Below are positions 39,888 through 50,079 of a stretch of DNA of 64,000 nt, in pieces. The DNA lies in the IMG/VR virus record IMGVR_UViG_3300002220_000874, one strand, 5' to 3'. Both the position numbers and the translations under genes were made by a program. This DNA comes from an uncultured virus (IMG/VR IMGVR_UViG_3300002220_000874) (taxonomy: Duplodnaviria; Heunggongvirae; Uroviricota; Caudoviricetes; Crassvirales). The notes under the pieces are model-generated. The model did not search any database, was not told where the DNA came from, and was given only the letters and a program-made list of their open reading frames with translations. Numbering within the stretch: position 1 is the stretch's first letter; each line of letters begins with the position of its first letter.

Positions 39888-42033
39888 AGCTAAACAAAGT
39901 TCTTGTTGAATCTTCTAAAGGGCTAAATATCTTCATAACTTCATTATAGTAAAATCTATAATCAACGTTATATTCTTCAAAATCTTCAACTTTATAGAAT
40001 TTATTAAATATAGCAATATTTTGTTTTGCTACTACAGATATCTCTTTTACAATAACTCCTTTCTTATTGGGTCTTGGATGTTTATATGCTTTTACAAATC
40101 CCCCTGTAGATTTAGACGTTATGTAAAATCTGTTATTCTTTTGAAGTAATCTTTCAATAACTTCTTTAGTTTCCTTATCAACTTCTTTAAAAATACTTTT
40201 AAAATCTTCATTAGTTTTTTTACTAATACAGAAGTCGTATATATCTGTATGATTTAAAATAGTATTTTCAATAGATTGATTGAAACAATAGTATGCTTCT
40301 AATGTTTTAGCAACAATAGGAGCAAAGTATCCTTTATCCAGAGATAAGTCAGTTAAGAAAATACCTTTCTTTTTAACGTATTTCTTTAACTTTATATCAT
40401 TGGTTTCAGTAGAGGATGAAAATCCTTCTTTGATAGCAATATAATCATTAACAGCATAACATATATACTTTTCATAGAACGTATATTCTAATGTAAATCC
40501 TGTTAATTCTTCCCATTCTTTGCAAGCAACATAATATTCTTCTAGCCTAGAACGTTTCACTTTTGTAATAACACCATCGGTATTTGCTGAGATATTAATA
40601 AATCCTTTTTGATGCAACATTTCAATCAACATTAATAAAAATAATTGACCATTAATTGTTGTTTTATACATTGCAACTAAATCATACAAAGGACTATGTT
40701 CATCTCCTGTTTTACCGTATATAGCATTTACTACAATTTTTAATGCTTCGGCTTTAGTATTAGCTTGTTCTAATGCTTGTTCTAATAGCTTTACATCATT
40801 ATCAGATAATTGTTTCTTTAGAGCAAGATTAATCTTTTTTGCTAAATCTTTGGCTGATACTCTATTGAGAACAATATCCTGCAATAATTCAATAAAGATA
40901 GCTTTATCCAAATGTTTTGGACAAGCTTCTAGTAATATCATTATATAAGGATAGAATGATGTAACATCAGAATCAATGTAAACATATTCATCATCAGAAG
41001 TATAAATAGATGGATAATCTTTACTATGTAATCCTCCTTTAGCTAACACATAAACTTTATTTCCATAGGAAACATCAAATATAAATTTATCAGCAGTAGC
41101 ATTACTACCTACTGCTATTACTTTATTTTTGACTTCAAATAATAGGTCATTTAACCTATCACTATTGAACGTAAGTTTCGGTGATAATAGATCTTTAACT
41201 TTTATAGTATGTCTGTAAGTTCTTAGTTTTACTAAGTCTGCTTGTTTTATTCCTGCTTTCTCAGCATAAACTTTAATGAAATATCGGTTGGCAATTCCTG
41301 ATCTACTTTCATTAATAACATTAATACCGTATAGTTTAGATACTTTTTGTCTTAGGTTTATTTCTTCTATACTTTCATCTACAACTCTTTTTGTTATTAG
41401 GCAATCGTTAATATTATAAAATCGTAAAGCTTCTACTAATTCATCAGTTAAATTTAATGTTTCAGTAGGATCATAAGGTAAATCTAAAACAAGATACCAT
41501 TTTAGTAATATTGCTACTTGTTTTAAACTAACAAATCGTTTATCTAAATAAAGAATACGTTGAATATCAAAAGTACTATACAGTCTTTTATAATACTGCA
41601 TATCATATTCTTCTTTAAATATACGACTATATCCACTACCATATGATATAATGCTTCCACTTATACGATAAATAACATCATTAAACTTTTCACCTTTAGC
41701 ATTTCTTAAATCTTTATTATATTTCTTACCATACATACATATATAATCTAATATAAGATTATCATAATTATGATTATTATATCCAATCATTAATTTATGC
41801 CTACTCATAAAAGATAACAATAGAGGTAAATCATTTCTATATTCATGGCTAACTATAAAGCATTTTACATCCAGATGTGGTTCTAGTTGTTTCATGAGCT
41901 GAACATTATTATCAATGGCAGCTCTTTCATATGCTGAAACTACATCAAGATGAACATTTGCATTTATACAAGTTAACATAAATATATTAGGATATGTCTC
42001 TATATCATAAATGTAATTATTGTTTTCAATCAT
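39886..42033 (-). CDS. polB: Family B DNA polymerase
   Basis: Exonuclease YDIETY and GYNNHNYD; polymerase SDVTSFYP, KIVVNAIYGKTG, NTDG. Confidence 0.93.
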   Translation of the reverse strand: MIENNNYIYDIETYPNIFMLTCINANVHLDVVSAYERAAIDNNVQLMKQLEPHLDVKCFIVSHEYRNDLPLLLSFMSRHKLMIGYNNHNYDNLILDYICMYGKKYNKDLRNAKGEKFNDVIYRISGSIISYGSGYSRIFKEEYDMQYYKRLYSTFDIQRILYLDKRFVSLKQVAILLKWYLVLDLPYDPTETLNLTDELVEALRFYNINDCLITKRVVDESIEEINLRQKVSKLYGINVINESRSGIANRYFIKVYAEKAGIKQADLVKLRTYRHTIKVKDLLSPKLTFNSDRLNDLLFEVKNKVIAVGSNATADKFIFDVSYGNKVYVLAKGGLHSKDYPSIYTSDDEYVYIDSDVTSFYPYIMILLEACPKHLDKAIFIELLQDIVLNRVSAKDLAKKINLALKKQLSDNDVKLLEQALEQANTKAEALKIVVNAIYGKTGDEHSPLYDLVAMYKTTINGQLFLLMLIEMLHQKGFINISANTDGVITKVKRSRLEEYYVACKEWEELTGFTLEYTFYEKYICYAVNDYIAIKEGFSSSTETNDIKLKKYVKKKGIFLTDLSLDKGYFAPIVAKTLEAYYCFNQSIENTILNHTDIYDFCISKKTNEDFKSIFKEVDKETKEVIERLLQKNNRFYITSKSTGGFVKAYKHPRPNKKGVIVKEISVVAKQNIAIFNKFYKVEDFEEYNVDYRFYYNEVMKIFSPLEDSTRTLFS

Positions 42034-42587
42034 CTCTGAGGTCTGTTATAATAGGGATTAAGATGTGCATATAGTGTTGATACATTATTAAAAAAATTAG
42101 AGTATTCTGGTAATAGATTAGGATTATGAAGAATATAGCTAGGATGATAGGCAATACCTATAACAGTAGAACCAAAATTCCTTTGAGAAAAACTATAAGT
42201 ATTTACTGATATAATTACTTTATTGGGATAAGCCCACTGCATTGCAACAGTACCTAAAAGTATTATAATTTTAGGTTTATGATAAAATATCTCACTATAT
42301 AAATAAGATTTACAAGCAGATATTTCAGTAGGTCTAGCAGTTCTATTGTAAGGAGTTTTACATTTAATAACAGTAGTAAAGTAACAATGTTGTGTTAAAT
42401 TATACTTTTGTAATATTTTCCTTACTAACTTTCCTGATTTACCCGCAAATGGTTTACCTTTCTTAACATCAGTTCCTGTCGGTGATTCTCCTATTATCAT
42501 TATATCTCCTTGACCATCTCCATTAGTTGGATGAAAGTTATTAAATATTCCTAGTGGACATTTATCACAATAAAGAATATCTGTCAT
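42030..42587 (-). CDS. Family 4 uracil-DNA glycosylase
   Basis: C..CPL, IGESP, PFAGKSG, KC, C..YL..EI, LLG..A, YHPS. Confidence 0.9.
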   Translation of the reverse strand: MTDILYCDKCPLGIFNNFHPTNGDGQGDIMIIGESPTGTDVKKGKPFAGKSGKLVRKILQKYNLTQHCYFTTVIKCKTPYNRTARPTEISACKSYLYSEIFYHKPKIIILLGTVAMQWAYPNKVIISVNTYSFSQRNFGSTVIGIAYHPSYILHNPNLLPEYSNFFNNVSTLYAHLNPYYNRPQR

Positions 42588-43987
42588 AATACAATTATTG
42601 CTTTATGTTTAACCCTTGTAATACCAACATAGATTAATTTATTAACTAAGTCAGTATTTGGATAACGTCTTACTTTTCCATGACTATCAGTATAGTATAG
42701 CATATCGTGCATATCAATAGTAGCTATATCAAATGTACTACCTTGTGCCTTATGTGCTGTGATAGCATAACCATAATCAAAGTCTTTCTTTACTGTAGCC
42801 TTGTTATTAATAGCAGGTAGGGTTACGGTTTTGAGACTTAATATTTCATTTTTAAAATCAAAGTATCTCTTCCACATTCTCCCTCTATCTCCCATATTGG
42901 CTTGTTTAGCGTTTAAATGTAATTGACTTAGTATTTCATAGTATCTCAAATATGAAGGGTCTGTATGATCTACTATTTGTAATGTTCTAGTAGGAAGACT
43001 AGTATCATTATTTACTAAGTTTACAGCAAACACTTTAATACCATAATCATTTACATAATCTCTTAGATGTTCAACTCTATATGTTTCAGAGTTAACAAAA
43101 ATAGGAGTATTAAAGTCATCGACTACAGTATTATATGCCATTAGTATATCTCCTTCTTCTAACATTTTCTTTGAAGTAGGAAATATCATTTTTCTAATAG
43201 CTTCATTCCAATAGGCAACAGCACTGTTAGTGTAACAAATATGTCTGCTATAATTAGGATTAGATTTAAACTGATTAGATACATATATTTCTTTACATAT
43301 AGAAGCAAACGCTATATCATTTACTAGCTTATATCCTACATCGTTTGTTATAGTATCTCTATGTTTAAATATATAATCAGTAAAGTTTTTAGTTTTATGT
43401 TTTATATCATCTCTGAGTAATTGAAATGGTTCAAGTAAAGGATTACCTTTTTCTTGTCTAACTATTTCAGTTAATTCAAACTTATGACTAACACTAAAAA
43501 TTCTACTTTCATTCTCATATTTACCTCCTTTATTGATAGGAGGTAATTGACAACTGTCACCAATATAAAGAATTTTATAACCATACTTTATAGCTCTATC
43601 AAGATTTAATTGATATAGACTGTTGTTAATTTGAGAACCTTCATCACAAATAATTAAACTATAATTCTTTGCATGAGGGTCAGCAAGAGGGTCAAATTGA
43701 GGATTAGAAATATCAAATGATGCTAAATCAATATTAGGTCGTAAACCATGTAAACTATGAAATGTTTTACCTTTTCTGTTTACTGTTTCTTCCAATACTC
43801 TAAGTGCTTTATGAACAGGAGCAGTAATACAATATGTACCTTTTATATTGTTAATTAAATGTTTCAATAAAAAGGTTTTACCTGTACCTGCTGAACCTGT
43901 AAGTGTTGCTTCTTTTATGTTTTTATTTTCAATAAAATCTTTTGCCCATAAAAACGCTTCATTCTGTTGAGTAAATAGTTTAGCCAT
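42584..43987 (-). CDS. SF1B Dda/RecD-like helicase
   Basis: GSAGTGKT, DEGS, GD..QLPP, LTEIVRQ, YAITAHKAQGST, YVGITR. Confidence 0.92.
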   Translation of the reverse strand: MAKLFTQQNEAFLWAKDFIENKNIKEATLTGSAGTGKTFLLKHLINNIKGTYCITAPVHKALRVLEETVNRKGKTFHSLHGLRPNIDLASFDISNPQFDPLADPHAKNYSLIICDEGSQINNSLYQLNLDRAIKYGYKILYIGDSCQLPPINKGGKYENESRIFSVSHKFELTEIVRQEKGNPLLEPFQLLRDDIKHKTKNFTDYIFKHRDTITNDVGYKLVNDIAFASICKEIYVSNQFKSNPNYSRHICYTNSAVAYWNEAIRKMIFPTSKKMLEEGDILMAYNTVVDDFNTPIFVNSETYRVEHLRDYVNDYGIKVFAVNLVNNDTSLPTRTLQIVDHTDPSYLRYYEILSQLHLNAKQANMGDRGRMWKRYFDFKNEILSLKTVTLPAINNKATVKKDFDYGYAITAHKAQGSTFDIATIDMHDMLYYTDSHGKVRRYPNTDLVNKLIYVGITRVKHKAIIVL

Positions 43988-43990
43988 ATA

Positions 43991-44287
43991 TTAAAAAGGG
44001 TTTTCAATATATGCAAAAGCATCTACTATTGCTGTTTCTAATATTTTCATGTAATCAGTATCTTTAAATGTTTTTCGTTTAACTGCATTACTCTTTGCAT
44101 AATAAATTCTGTAAGAGTTTCTGTTAGTAACTATAATGATATTACAAGCATTGAGATATTCAAGATACCAACCTAATTGAAATTTAAAATCAAGTTTAAT
44201 AAAGTCATTAATATTTGTCTTAGCAGATACATAAGTTATAAATGATTTTAATTCTCTCCTGCTATTAGATAGATTATTAATGAACAT
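43991..44287 (-). CDS. Hypothetical protein
   Basis: 98 aa ORF in operon. Confidence 0.55.
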   Translation of the reverse strand: MFINNLSNSRRELKSFITYVSAKTNINDFIKLDFKFQLGWYLEYLNACNIIIVTNRNSYRIYYAKSNAVKRKTFKDTDYMKILETAIVDAFAYIENPF

Positions 44288-44483
44288 CGTGAAACTTTAT
44301 AGTAATATCAGTAGCAGAAAATAGATATAATACTTCACTTTTATTATATCCTAATGTAGTTATTATATCTTCAATCTCCTCAAGAGCATTTTGTATTTTA
44401 TCAGCAGGATGTAAATTAACAGTATTATTAGCATAATCTAATACTACTAACGTAGGACTGTCTATTTTAATTTTTCCTTTCAT
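44277..44483 (-). CDS. Hypothetical protein
   Basis: 68 aa ORF in operon. Confidence 0.5.
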   Translation of the reverse strand: MKGKIKIDSPTLVVLDYANNTVNLHPADKIQNALEEIEDIITTLGYNKSEVLYLFSATDITIKFHDVH

Positions 44484-44730
44484 TGTTTCTTTTTATTAAG
44501 AGTTCAACAATATAAATATTATCACGAATACTATCATTATATATTCCTTCATTTACTCCAATTAGTATATCAAGATATACAATACGAAGAACATCAGGTT
44601 TATATTTATTGTATAATCTGTATAAAGATTGTAAATTTAAACATCTTACATCTAATTCTTTTTTAGTAAATGTTCGATGTTCTACAACTTTACCTTTAAC
44701 CATTGATACTTTTACAATTGACATCACCAA
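44467..44730 (-). CDS. Hypothetical protein
   Basis: 87 aa ORF in operon. Confidence 0.5.
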   Translation of the reverse strand: MVMSIVKVSMVKGKVVEHRTFTKKELDVRCLNLQSLYRLYNKYKPDVLRIVYLDILIGVNEGIYNDSIRDNIYIVELLIKRNNERKN

Positions 44731-46061
44731 TCAAGATTATAACGTTGTATGAAATCTTCTACTTCAAATATAGGAATATTATGACATCCTATCTTTAACG
44801 TAGGAACTGATACTGTTATTACCTCATCTCCTTGAAGTTGTAATATACTATATAAATCAATACACTTTACTATAAAGTTTGATATTTTTGTTTCTCTACT
44901 TGGATAAAAAGGCATATCAGGTTTATTAGTTATAAATTCTTTTACAAAATATGCATATAACCATTTAGCATTATTAATAGATACACTAACACCAAACGAA
45001 GTTTGTACTTCATTATTTAGTAATCTTATACTATGATAGGATAAATCATATAAACGAGTTGATGCAGTAATAGAATTATAAATACCTTCTCTTATTGTAT
45101 TACTTTTCCATTTATCTAAATTTTCTAAATTTGATTTAAAGTTATCTATCTTTCGTTGTAATAACTTCTTCTCTTCTTTGTCTTGTATTTCTTTAAGATG
45201 TTGCGCTTTTGCTTTTATTATCTTATCGTATAACTCTTTATCATTATATACTCTTGTCGCAACATCTAAAGATTTTATATTAATTCCTTCGAGTGTATCA
45301 CCTCTAAAACTTAAATAAAACTTTTTAATATTGTATCTATCTACCATCTCTTGAGATAATACATCTGATACGAATAAAGGTTTATCGTAAAAAGTTATTA
45401 ATTTACCTATAGGAATTTTAAATTCATGTGTTTCATCAACATATGATTTCCAACTACTATAGGTATATGATGTACCTTTTACAGTAGCATATTTTATTTT
45501 ACGTAATTTAAAATACTTACGTAATATAGGCTTTAATTTTAAAGTTGATATAATACCATAAATATTATCATCATTTGAACTAAAACTAGTTTGTTCATAT
45601 GGAAATCTACTTCTTCTATTATTATGAGTAAAAGATAATATAGTAGCACAACTATCACAAAATTGTTGTAATGAAGGAAGTCCAAGTATTTCTTCATAAA
45701 GCCAATGTTCTAAGCTATGTATGTTTTCTTCTGATTTTATATCTTTTAATGGTACATCTAAATCATATATTCTAGTAACACCTGCTTTAATACCATCAAC
45801 ACTTCTTAGAACAGAATGAGTACTCCAACCATTTCCAAAACTTCCAATATTAATAAAACTCTTTACAAGAGTTATACGTTTTTTATTTATAATGAAATGC
45901 TTTCCGATTAGAACATTATTGTAAAATAGACTTGTATTATCAGCACTATATTCTCCTGTTTTCTTAAGTCCAGTCTTACATCTTGCTAGTGTTTTTTCTG
46001 GGATTATTTGATTTGCCCAAGCATGAATTAATTGAGTAGAATTAGTTATTTTTCTTTCCAT
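44724..46061 (-). CDS. Hypothetical phage protein
   Basis: 445 aa ORF with HAWANQ N-terminus and VQTS.G...LKIGCH.I C-terminus. Confidence 0.65.
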   Translation of the reverse strand: MERKITNSTQLIHAWANQIIPEKTLARCKTGLKKTGEYSADNTSLFYNNVLIGKHFIINKKRITLVKSFINIGSFGNGWSTHSVLRSVDGIKAGVTRIYDLDVPLKDIKSEENIHSLEHWLYEEILGLPSLQQFCDSCATILSFTHNNRRSRFPYEQTSFSSNDDNIYGIISTLKLKPILRKYFKLRKIKYATVKGTSYTYSSWKSYVDETHEFKIPIGKLITFYDKPLFVSDVLSQEMVDRYNIKKFYLSFRGDTLEGINIKSLDVATRVYNDKELYDKIIKAKAQHLKEIQDKEEKKLLQRKIDNFKSNLENLDKWKSNTIREGIYNSITASTRLYDLSYHSIRLLNNEVQTSFGVSVSINNAKWLYAYFVKEFITNKPDMPFYPSRETKISNFIVKCIDLYSILQLQGDEVITVSVPTLKIGCHNIPIFEVEDFIQRYNLDW

Positions 46062-46441
46062 GATATGTTTTCTCCTTTTAGAGTTTTTACTTTAAATTCA
46101 TTATTTACTATTATGCCATATACTACTAGATTTGGTTTAATAGGACTCCAATACTTTATAATCTTATGTGTATATTTAGACAAATGAGGTATACGTTTAA
46201 CCATTGTCCAATGAGAGTAAATGTCATTTAATGGGGTAGTATAATATGCTCTTGCTTGAGCATATAAATCCATAGGATTTTCAATAGTATATCTGTTTCC
46301 ATCTTCAAGTGTTACATAAAAAGAGTGGTCATAATTATATCCAACTACTCCTTTTAATAAATTTAATTTAGTAGGGCTTCCGCTACTATTTTTACTTTTG
46401 CTTTTACGCTTTGTCTTGTTTGTTACTCTGACTAGTTCCAT
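46046..46441 (-). CDS. Hypothetical basic protein
   Basis: 131 aa ORF. Confidence 0.55.
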   Translation of the reverse strand: MELVRVTNKTKRKSKSKNSSGSPTKLNLLKGVVGYNYDHSFYVTLEDGNRYTIENPMDLYAQARAYYTTPLNDIYSHWTMVKRIPHLSKYTHKIIKYWSPIKPNLVVYGIIVNNEFKVKTLKGENISWKEK

Positions 46442-46458
46442 AACATATGAGATTAAAT

Positions 46459-46487
46459 AAAAAAAGAGGATGATGGCTCATCCTCTT
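46459..46487 (-). terminator. Intrinsic terminator
   Basis: AAGAGGATGA-tggc-TCATCCTCTT with a U-tract on the minus strand. Confidence 0.75.
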
Positions 46488-46508
46488 CTCATTTAAACTA
46501 ACACACGA

Positions 46509-47033
46509 CTAACTACCACATTCAGTACAACGTGGATGAAAATACATTTTCTTATCAGCACGTTCAGTTAATATGAAATCTTTTCGTTTAAGAGTTAAAA
46601 GTTTTCTACTGTTACGTAACTGTACTTCAAATTCCTGATCAAATTTCTTTCCTGGAATAGGTCTTATTATTATACCTACTCGTTCCCTTACATCATGCAT
46701 ACCATGACTATCAACAATGTCAATGTTACACACTCTTACAAGGTCTTCTTCTTTAGCATTACGGTGAATTTCTCTCAAATATCCTTCGACAATTTGCTCA
46801 TCATATATTCTTCCATAATCAGAGTATTCTACATCAAAAGACTTATCACCAATTACTGCAACATATCTAATGATATATGGTTTTAAGTCAGCAACATTGT
46901 ACTGATTACCATTCTCAACAGTTGCGATACCTCCTTCGATTTCAATTATGCGAAGTTTTACTTCTTCAAGCATACAATAAAATCCAACTTTAGGTTTAGT
47001 TGTAACTAAGTTTTGTACGATTTTTACTTCCAT
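46509..47033 (-). CDS. Hypothetical protein with C-terminal CxxC
   Basis: 174 aa ORF ending HPRCTECGS. Confidence 0.6.
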   Translation of the reverse strand: MEVKIVQNLVTTKPKVGFYCMLEEVKLRIIEIEGGIATVENGNQYNVADLKPYIIRYVAVIGDKSFDVEYSDYGRIYDEQIVEGYLREIHRNAKEEDLVRVCNIDIVDSHGMHDVRERVGIIIRPIPGKKFDQEFEVQLRNSRKLLTLKRKDFILTERADKKMYFHPRCTECGS

Positions 47034-47052
47034 TTCACTATAAGTGTTTAGT

Positions 47053-47253
47053 TTAACAATTTTTATTTAATCCGTAGTTTTTTAAAGTATATAATGCAAT
47101 ACTATGAACTACACGAATGTATTTATCAACAGTTTTTGTTGCTTTAGGATTAATAGCAACGTGGTCAGATGTAATTGTTACCATATCATCTTCTTCAGAT
47201 TTAATAGTAACTTTAGCAATAAGATTTGTTTCAGGTACAATATAAACAATCAT
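47053..47253 (-). CDS. Hypothetical protein
   Basis: 66 aa ORF. Confidence 0.5.
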   Translation of the reverse strand: MIVYIVPETNLIAKVTIKSEEDDMVTITSDHVAINPKATKTVDKYIRVVHSIALYTLKNYGLNKNC

Positions 47254-47273
47254 AAGATTAGAATTAAGAGATG

Positions 47274-47301
47274 AAAAAAAACCTAGAGTAGAACTCTAGG
47301 T
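47274..47301 (-). terminator. Intrinsic terminator
   Basis: ACCTAGAGT-aga-ACTCTAGGT plus a U8 tract on the minus strand. Confidence 0.75.
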
Positions 47302-47375
47302 CTGATGATGAATACCAATTAAAAAGACTCCTCTCTAATTCTCTTGCGGCAGAGACATATCTGAAACCATGCAGA

Positions 47376-47525
47376 TTAAATCATACGGTAACTAATATAA
47401 TGACTATTCTCTGACAACATTATTGCTTGTTTGATGAAGTATTTAACTCCATTAGCATTTTCAATCACTTTGTCGGATATGAACTTTACAAGTCCAAACT
47501 CCTTTTCAATTGCTCTCTTGTCCAT
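47376..47525 (-). CDS. 49 aa protein not in the ORF track (MDKRAIEKEFGLVKFISDK...)
   Basis: ATG 47525 to TAA 47376, directly downstream of a consensus host promoter. Confidence 0.6.
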   Translation of the reverse strand: MDKRAIEKEFGLVKFISDKVIENANGVKYFIKQAIMLSENSHYISYRMI

Positions 47526-47549
47526 GTCAGTAATTATTAGATTATGCTA

Positions 47550-47581
47550 CAAAGATAATATGTAAATTAACTAAATGCAAA
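47550..47581 (-). promoter_or_regulatory. Bacteroidota primary-sigma promoter
   Basis: Minus strand TTTG-N20-TATCTTTG. Confidence 0.75.
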
Positions 47582-47601
47582 TATTTTAATAAAAATCTTT
47601 A

Positions 47602-47913
47602 CTACTTTTTAAACTTTTTGTAAAGGTTCTTATAAAAGTGAGCGTAATCTTTTGCTGTAACTGCTGAAACTATTACCAATCGACAGTTTTGTAATTCACT
47701 AGCATAGATTATAAATTGTTCTTCAAGCCATTGAATAATGACTTTGTTTAGGTTTGTTCTGTCTATTTTTACTGCTCCTCTTGCTTTGAGCAAGGATATT
47801 GTTTTCTCTATGTGAATAGGGCTACAATCCGAGCAATAGGTATTAATAACATACTCTATTTGAGCATTGGTTAATTTAATTACCTTTTTATAAAGTTTTA
47901 TTTCTCCTTTCAT
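47602..47913 (-). CDS. Hypothetical protein
   Basis: 103 aa ORF. Confidence 0.55.
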   Translation of the reverse strand: MKGEIKLYKKVIKLTNAQIEYVINTYCSDCSPIHIEKTISLLKARGAVKIDRTNLNKVIIQWLEEQFIIYASELQNCRLVIVSAVTAKDYAHFYKNLYKKFKK

Positions 47914-48155
47914 TTCAATACGATATGTAGTTTAAGAGTATCGACTTTTGTATTTAAAAGAGTAATTCGAGTAATATCTCGATTAGAGGTTACATCATAT
48001 ACACCTTGTTCTTGAAATTTGTATTTAAGATTATTGATTTCATCTCTAGTCTGTTTCATTTCAACATAGTGTATTAATGATAAAATAGGGATAGATAATC
48101 CAAACATAATAGCAAATACTAATGCTAATGTAGTACTATCAATTCTTCTATTCAT
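47910..48155 (-). CDS. Small membrane-anchored protein
   Basis: N-terminal transmembrane segment LALVFAIMFGLSIPILSLI. Confidence 0.55.
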   Translation of the reverse strand: MNRRIDSTTLALVFAIMFGLSIPILSLIHYVEMKQTRDEINNLKYKFQEQGVYDVTSNRDITRITLLNTKVDTLKLHIVLK

Positions 48156-48417
48156 CGGAGGGTTGTTTTAAGCGCATGAATATTCTAAATTCTCCTTGTA
48201 GTACATCTGAACAAATATCATCAAGAATTGTATCAGGGGTATCAGTAAATGCAGAATTAACTAATTGATCTTCTGCAAAATTAATGATAAAGTTCTCACA
48301 TTGTTGTGCAAGTGATTCTTCTGAATATATATCTATTGTAAACGTTTTATCAATAGGAATACAAATAGCTACATATCCATCATCAGTTTTGTAATATTCA
48401 AAGTTTATCGTTCTCAT
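48148..48417 (-). CDS. Small acidic hypothetical protein
   Basis: 89 aa ORF, Asp/Glu-rich. Confidence 0.55.
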   Translation of the reverse strand: MRTINFEYYKTDDGYVAICIPIDKTFTIDIYSEESLAQQCENFIINFAEDQLVNSAFTDTPDTILDDICSDVLQGEFRIFMRLKQPSDE

Positions 48418-48418
48418 G

Positions 48419-48592
48419 TTAGTTTAAATATATGTGATACGTTTTGATTACTGATTGTTTACACTTAGCCCTTTTGATGATAGGTACTTGTTCGTGTTCT
48501 AAAAACATTAAATGTTTTTGTTTTTGAAGAGGAAGAAATGAATAATCAATTCTACTCTTATAGAGTTTGCTTCTCACTAAATGTGACATCAT
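48419..48592 (-). CDS. 57 aa basic protein not in the ORF track (MMSHLVRSKLYKSR...)
   Basis: Open frame that fills the gap between the 226 aa and 89 aa ORFs; stop lies 1 nt before the next ATG. Confidence 0.5.
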   Translation of the reverse strand: MMSHLVRSKLYKSRIDYSFLPLQKQKHLMFLEHEQVPIIKRAKCKQSVIKTYHIYLN

Positions 48593-49238
48593 TAATGTAT
48601 TTTAATATTACGTCTTTTTCAGTAATAGTGCAATTATTAAAAAAGTTTAATAGTTGCGTGAGAGAGGTAGGAGTAAATATTAAATGATGACCAGTAAAAT
48701 GTTCATCTTCTTCTATAACATTAGTCAACTTTGGTAATGCTTCTGCTGATATAGCATTTAATGCTCTAGTATTAGTTGTATGTCTACCTTTCGATATTTT
48801 AACTAAACTTGTAGCGTGAAGTATTACATTTGCTGCATTGATTAACCAAGATTGATGTTGTGATACATTACCAAAATTGAAATCAACAGAGGTATCTTTA
48901 AATACTAAACATTCATCAAAACCTAATGCTGTTTGAAGAGAAAAAATAGATGCAGGAGGATATAATGTCCAATCTATTATAAATAAATCATCATTATATA
49001 CAGCGTGCATTATAATACCATCAGGTTTTTTAGTATGAATAATCTTTCTCCATTCATAAGAGTCTTTCTTCAAATGAAATAAAAATTCAAGTCGGCTATC
49101 TACTTTTATAGGTGTATCATCAATATATCTTGTACTATGATGATAATCATATCTTTTATTAGTTATGTCAACTATATAAAAAATACCTTGAGTAGAACCG
49201 AATTGAATTTTTATCAAATCAATCTTCGACTTTATCAT
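48558..49238 (-). CDS. Hypothetical protein
   Basis: 226 aa ORF. Confidence 0.6.
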   Translation of the reverse strand: MIKSKIDLIKIQFGSTQGIFYIVDITNKRYDYHHSTRYIDDTPIKVDSRLEFLFHLKKDSYEWRKIIHTKKPDGIIMHAVYNDDLFIIDWTLYPPASIFSLQTALGFDECLVFKDTSVDFNFGNVSQHQSWLINAANVILHATSLVKISKGRHTTNTRALNAISAEALPKLTNVIEEDEHFTGHHLIFTPTSLTQLLNFFNNCTITEKDVILKYINDVTFSEKQTL

Positions 49239-49467
49239 TGGATATTTTCTCTACTTTGATTATAACGTAATCATGTTCTTTTACAAGATAATCAATCTTA
49301 CCCCATGAGCTATTTCCTAAATCATTACGCTTGTTAGGATTAGGTTTCATGCCATCAGGAGTTGCAACTTGGTTACAAACTACATTGATTACTTTCTGTC
49401 CTTTATCTACTCGAACATCTCGTTTTTTCGATAATGCTTTTAATGCTGATTGTTCTGTGTGGTTCAT
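49219..49467 (-). CDS. Small phage protein (DLGNSSWGKIDYL motif)
   Basis: 82 aa ORF with a G..SWGKID.L motif that I recall from Bacteroidota phages. Confidence 0.6.
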   Translation of the reverse strand: MNHTEQSALKALSKKRDVRVDKGQKVINVVCNQVATPDGMKPNPNKRNDLGNSSWGKIDYLVKEHDYVIIKVEKISNDKVED

Positions 49468-49739
49468 TGTGGTAAAGTGTTAGTGGCTTTTTCATTGTAA
49501 GAAATAATTACACTCTTTGAACGAGTTTGTCTATGGTTTTTCAGATGATGAATATTAGATAACTTCTTTCTTCTAGCAGTAACATCAGTTCCTGCTCCTA
49601 CTTTAGAAGAATTAGGAAATTCAGAATTTCCTCTAATTTGTCTTCTTATTGCAGAAGCACTTTTACCACCACTGTTTTTGCTTCTTAAAAAAGTACTTAC
49701 TTTTCCTAAAAGCTTTCTTAGTACCATTCGTCTTTTCAT
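49464..49739 (-). CDS. Very basic small protein
   Basis: 91 aa, Arg/Lys-rich. Confidence 0.5.
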   Translation of the reverse strand: MKRRMVLRKLLGKVSTFLRSKNSGGKSASAIRRQIRGNSEFPNSSKVGAGTDVTARRKKLSNIHHLKNHRQTRSKSVIISYNEKATNTLPQ

Positions 49740-49769
49740 AGTTAATTGTGTGTTAGATTAGAAACTAAA

Positions 49770-49934
49770 TTAAGATTTAATATGTGTACGTACAAATTCA
49801 TATATTTCTTGTGCTACAGATAATGGAATATTGTAAACACATCCAATTGAAAAAGTAATATTCATGGTTACTTTATAAGCATCTAGCGTATTACAATCAT
49901 TAATAGTGAGGATGTGAAAATTATGTTGTACCAT
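49770..49934 (-). CDS. 54 aa hypothetical protein not in the ORF track (MVQHNFHILT...)
   Basis: ATG 49934 to TAA 49770 fills the intergenic gap. Confidence 0.4.
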   Translation of the reverse strand: MVQHNFHILTINDCNTLDAYKVTMNITFSIGCVYNIPLSVAQEIYEFVRTHIKS

Positions 49935-49965
49935 TCAACTAATAAAAAGAGTAATAGATATACTA

Positions 49966-50067
49966 TCAAATAATATTATATGTAGCGTTTAGCCAATTAA
50001 TATACTTACGCCATAATGGATTACTACTATCTCTTCTAATGGCAAAGTATAAAGGTAATGTTTTCAT
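49966..50067 (-). pseudogene. Truncated gene (MKTLPLYFAIRRDSSNPLWRKYINWLN...)
   Basis: 33 codons after an A-rich leader, then TGA TAG; a protein-like YIYYSFY..NGT continues past the stops. Confidence 0.4.
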
Positions 50068-50079
50068 AAGTTTTGTGTG

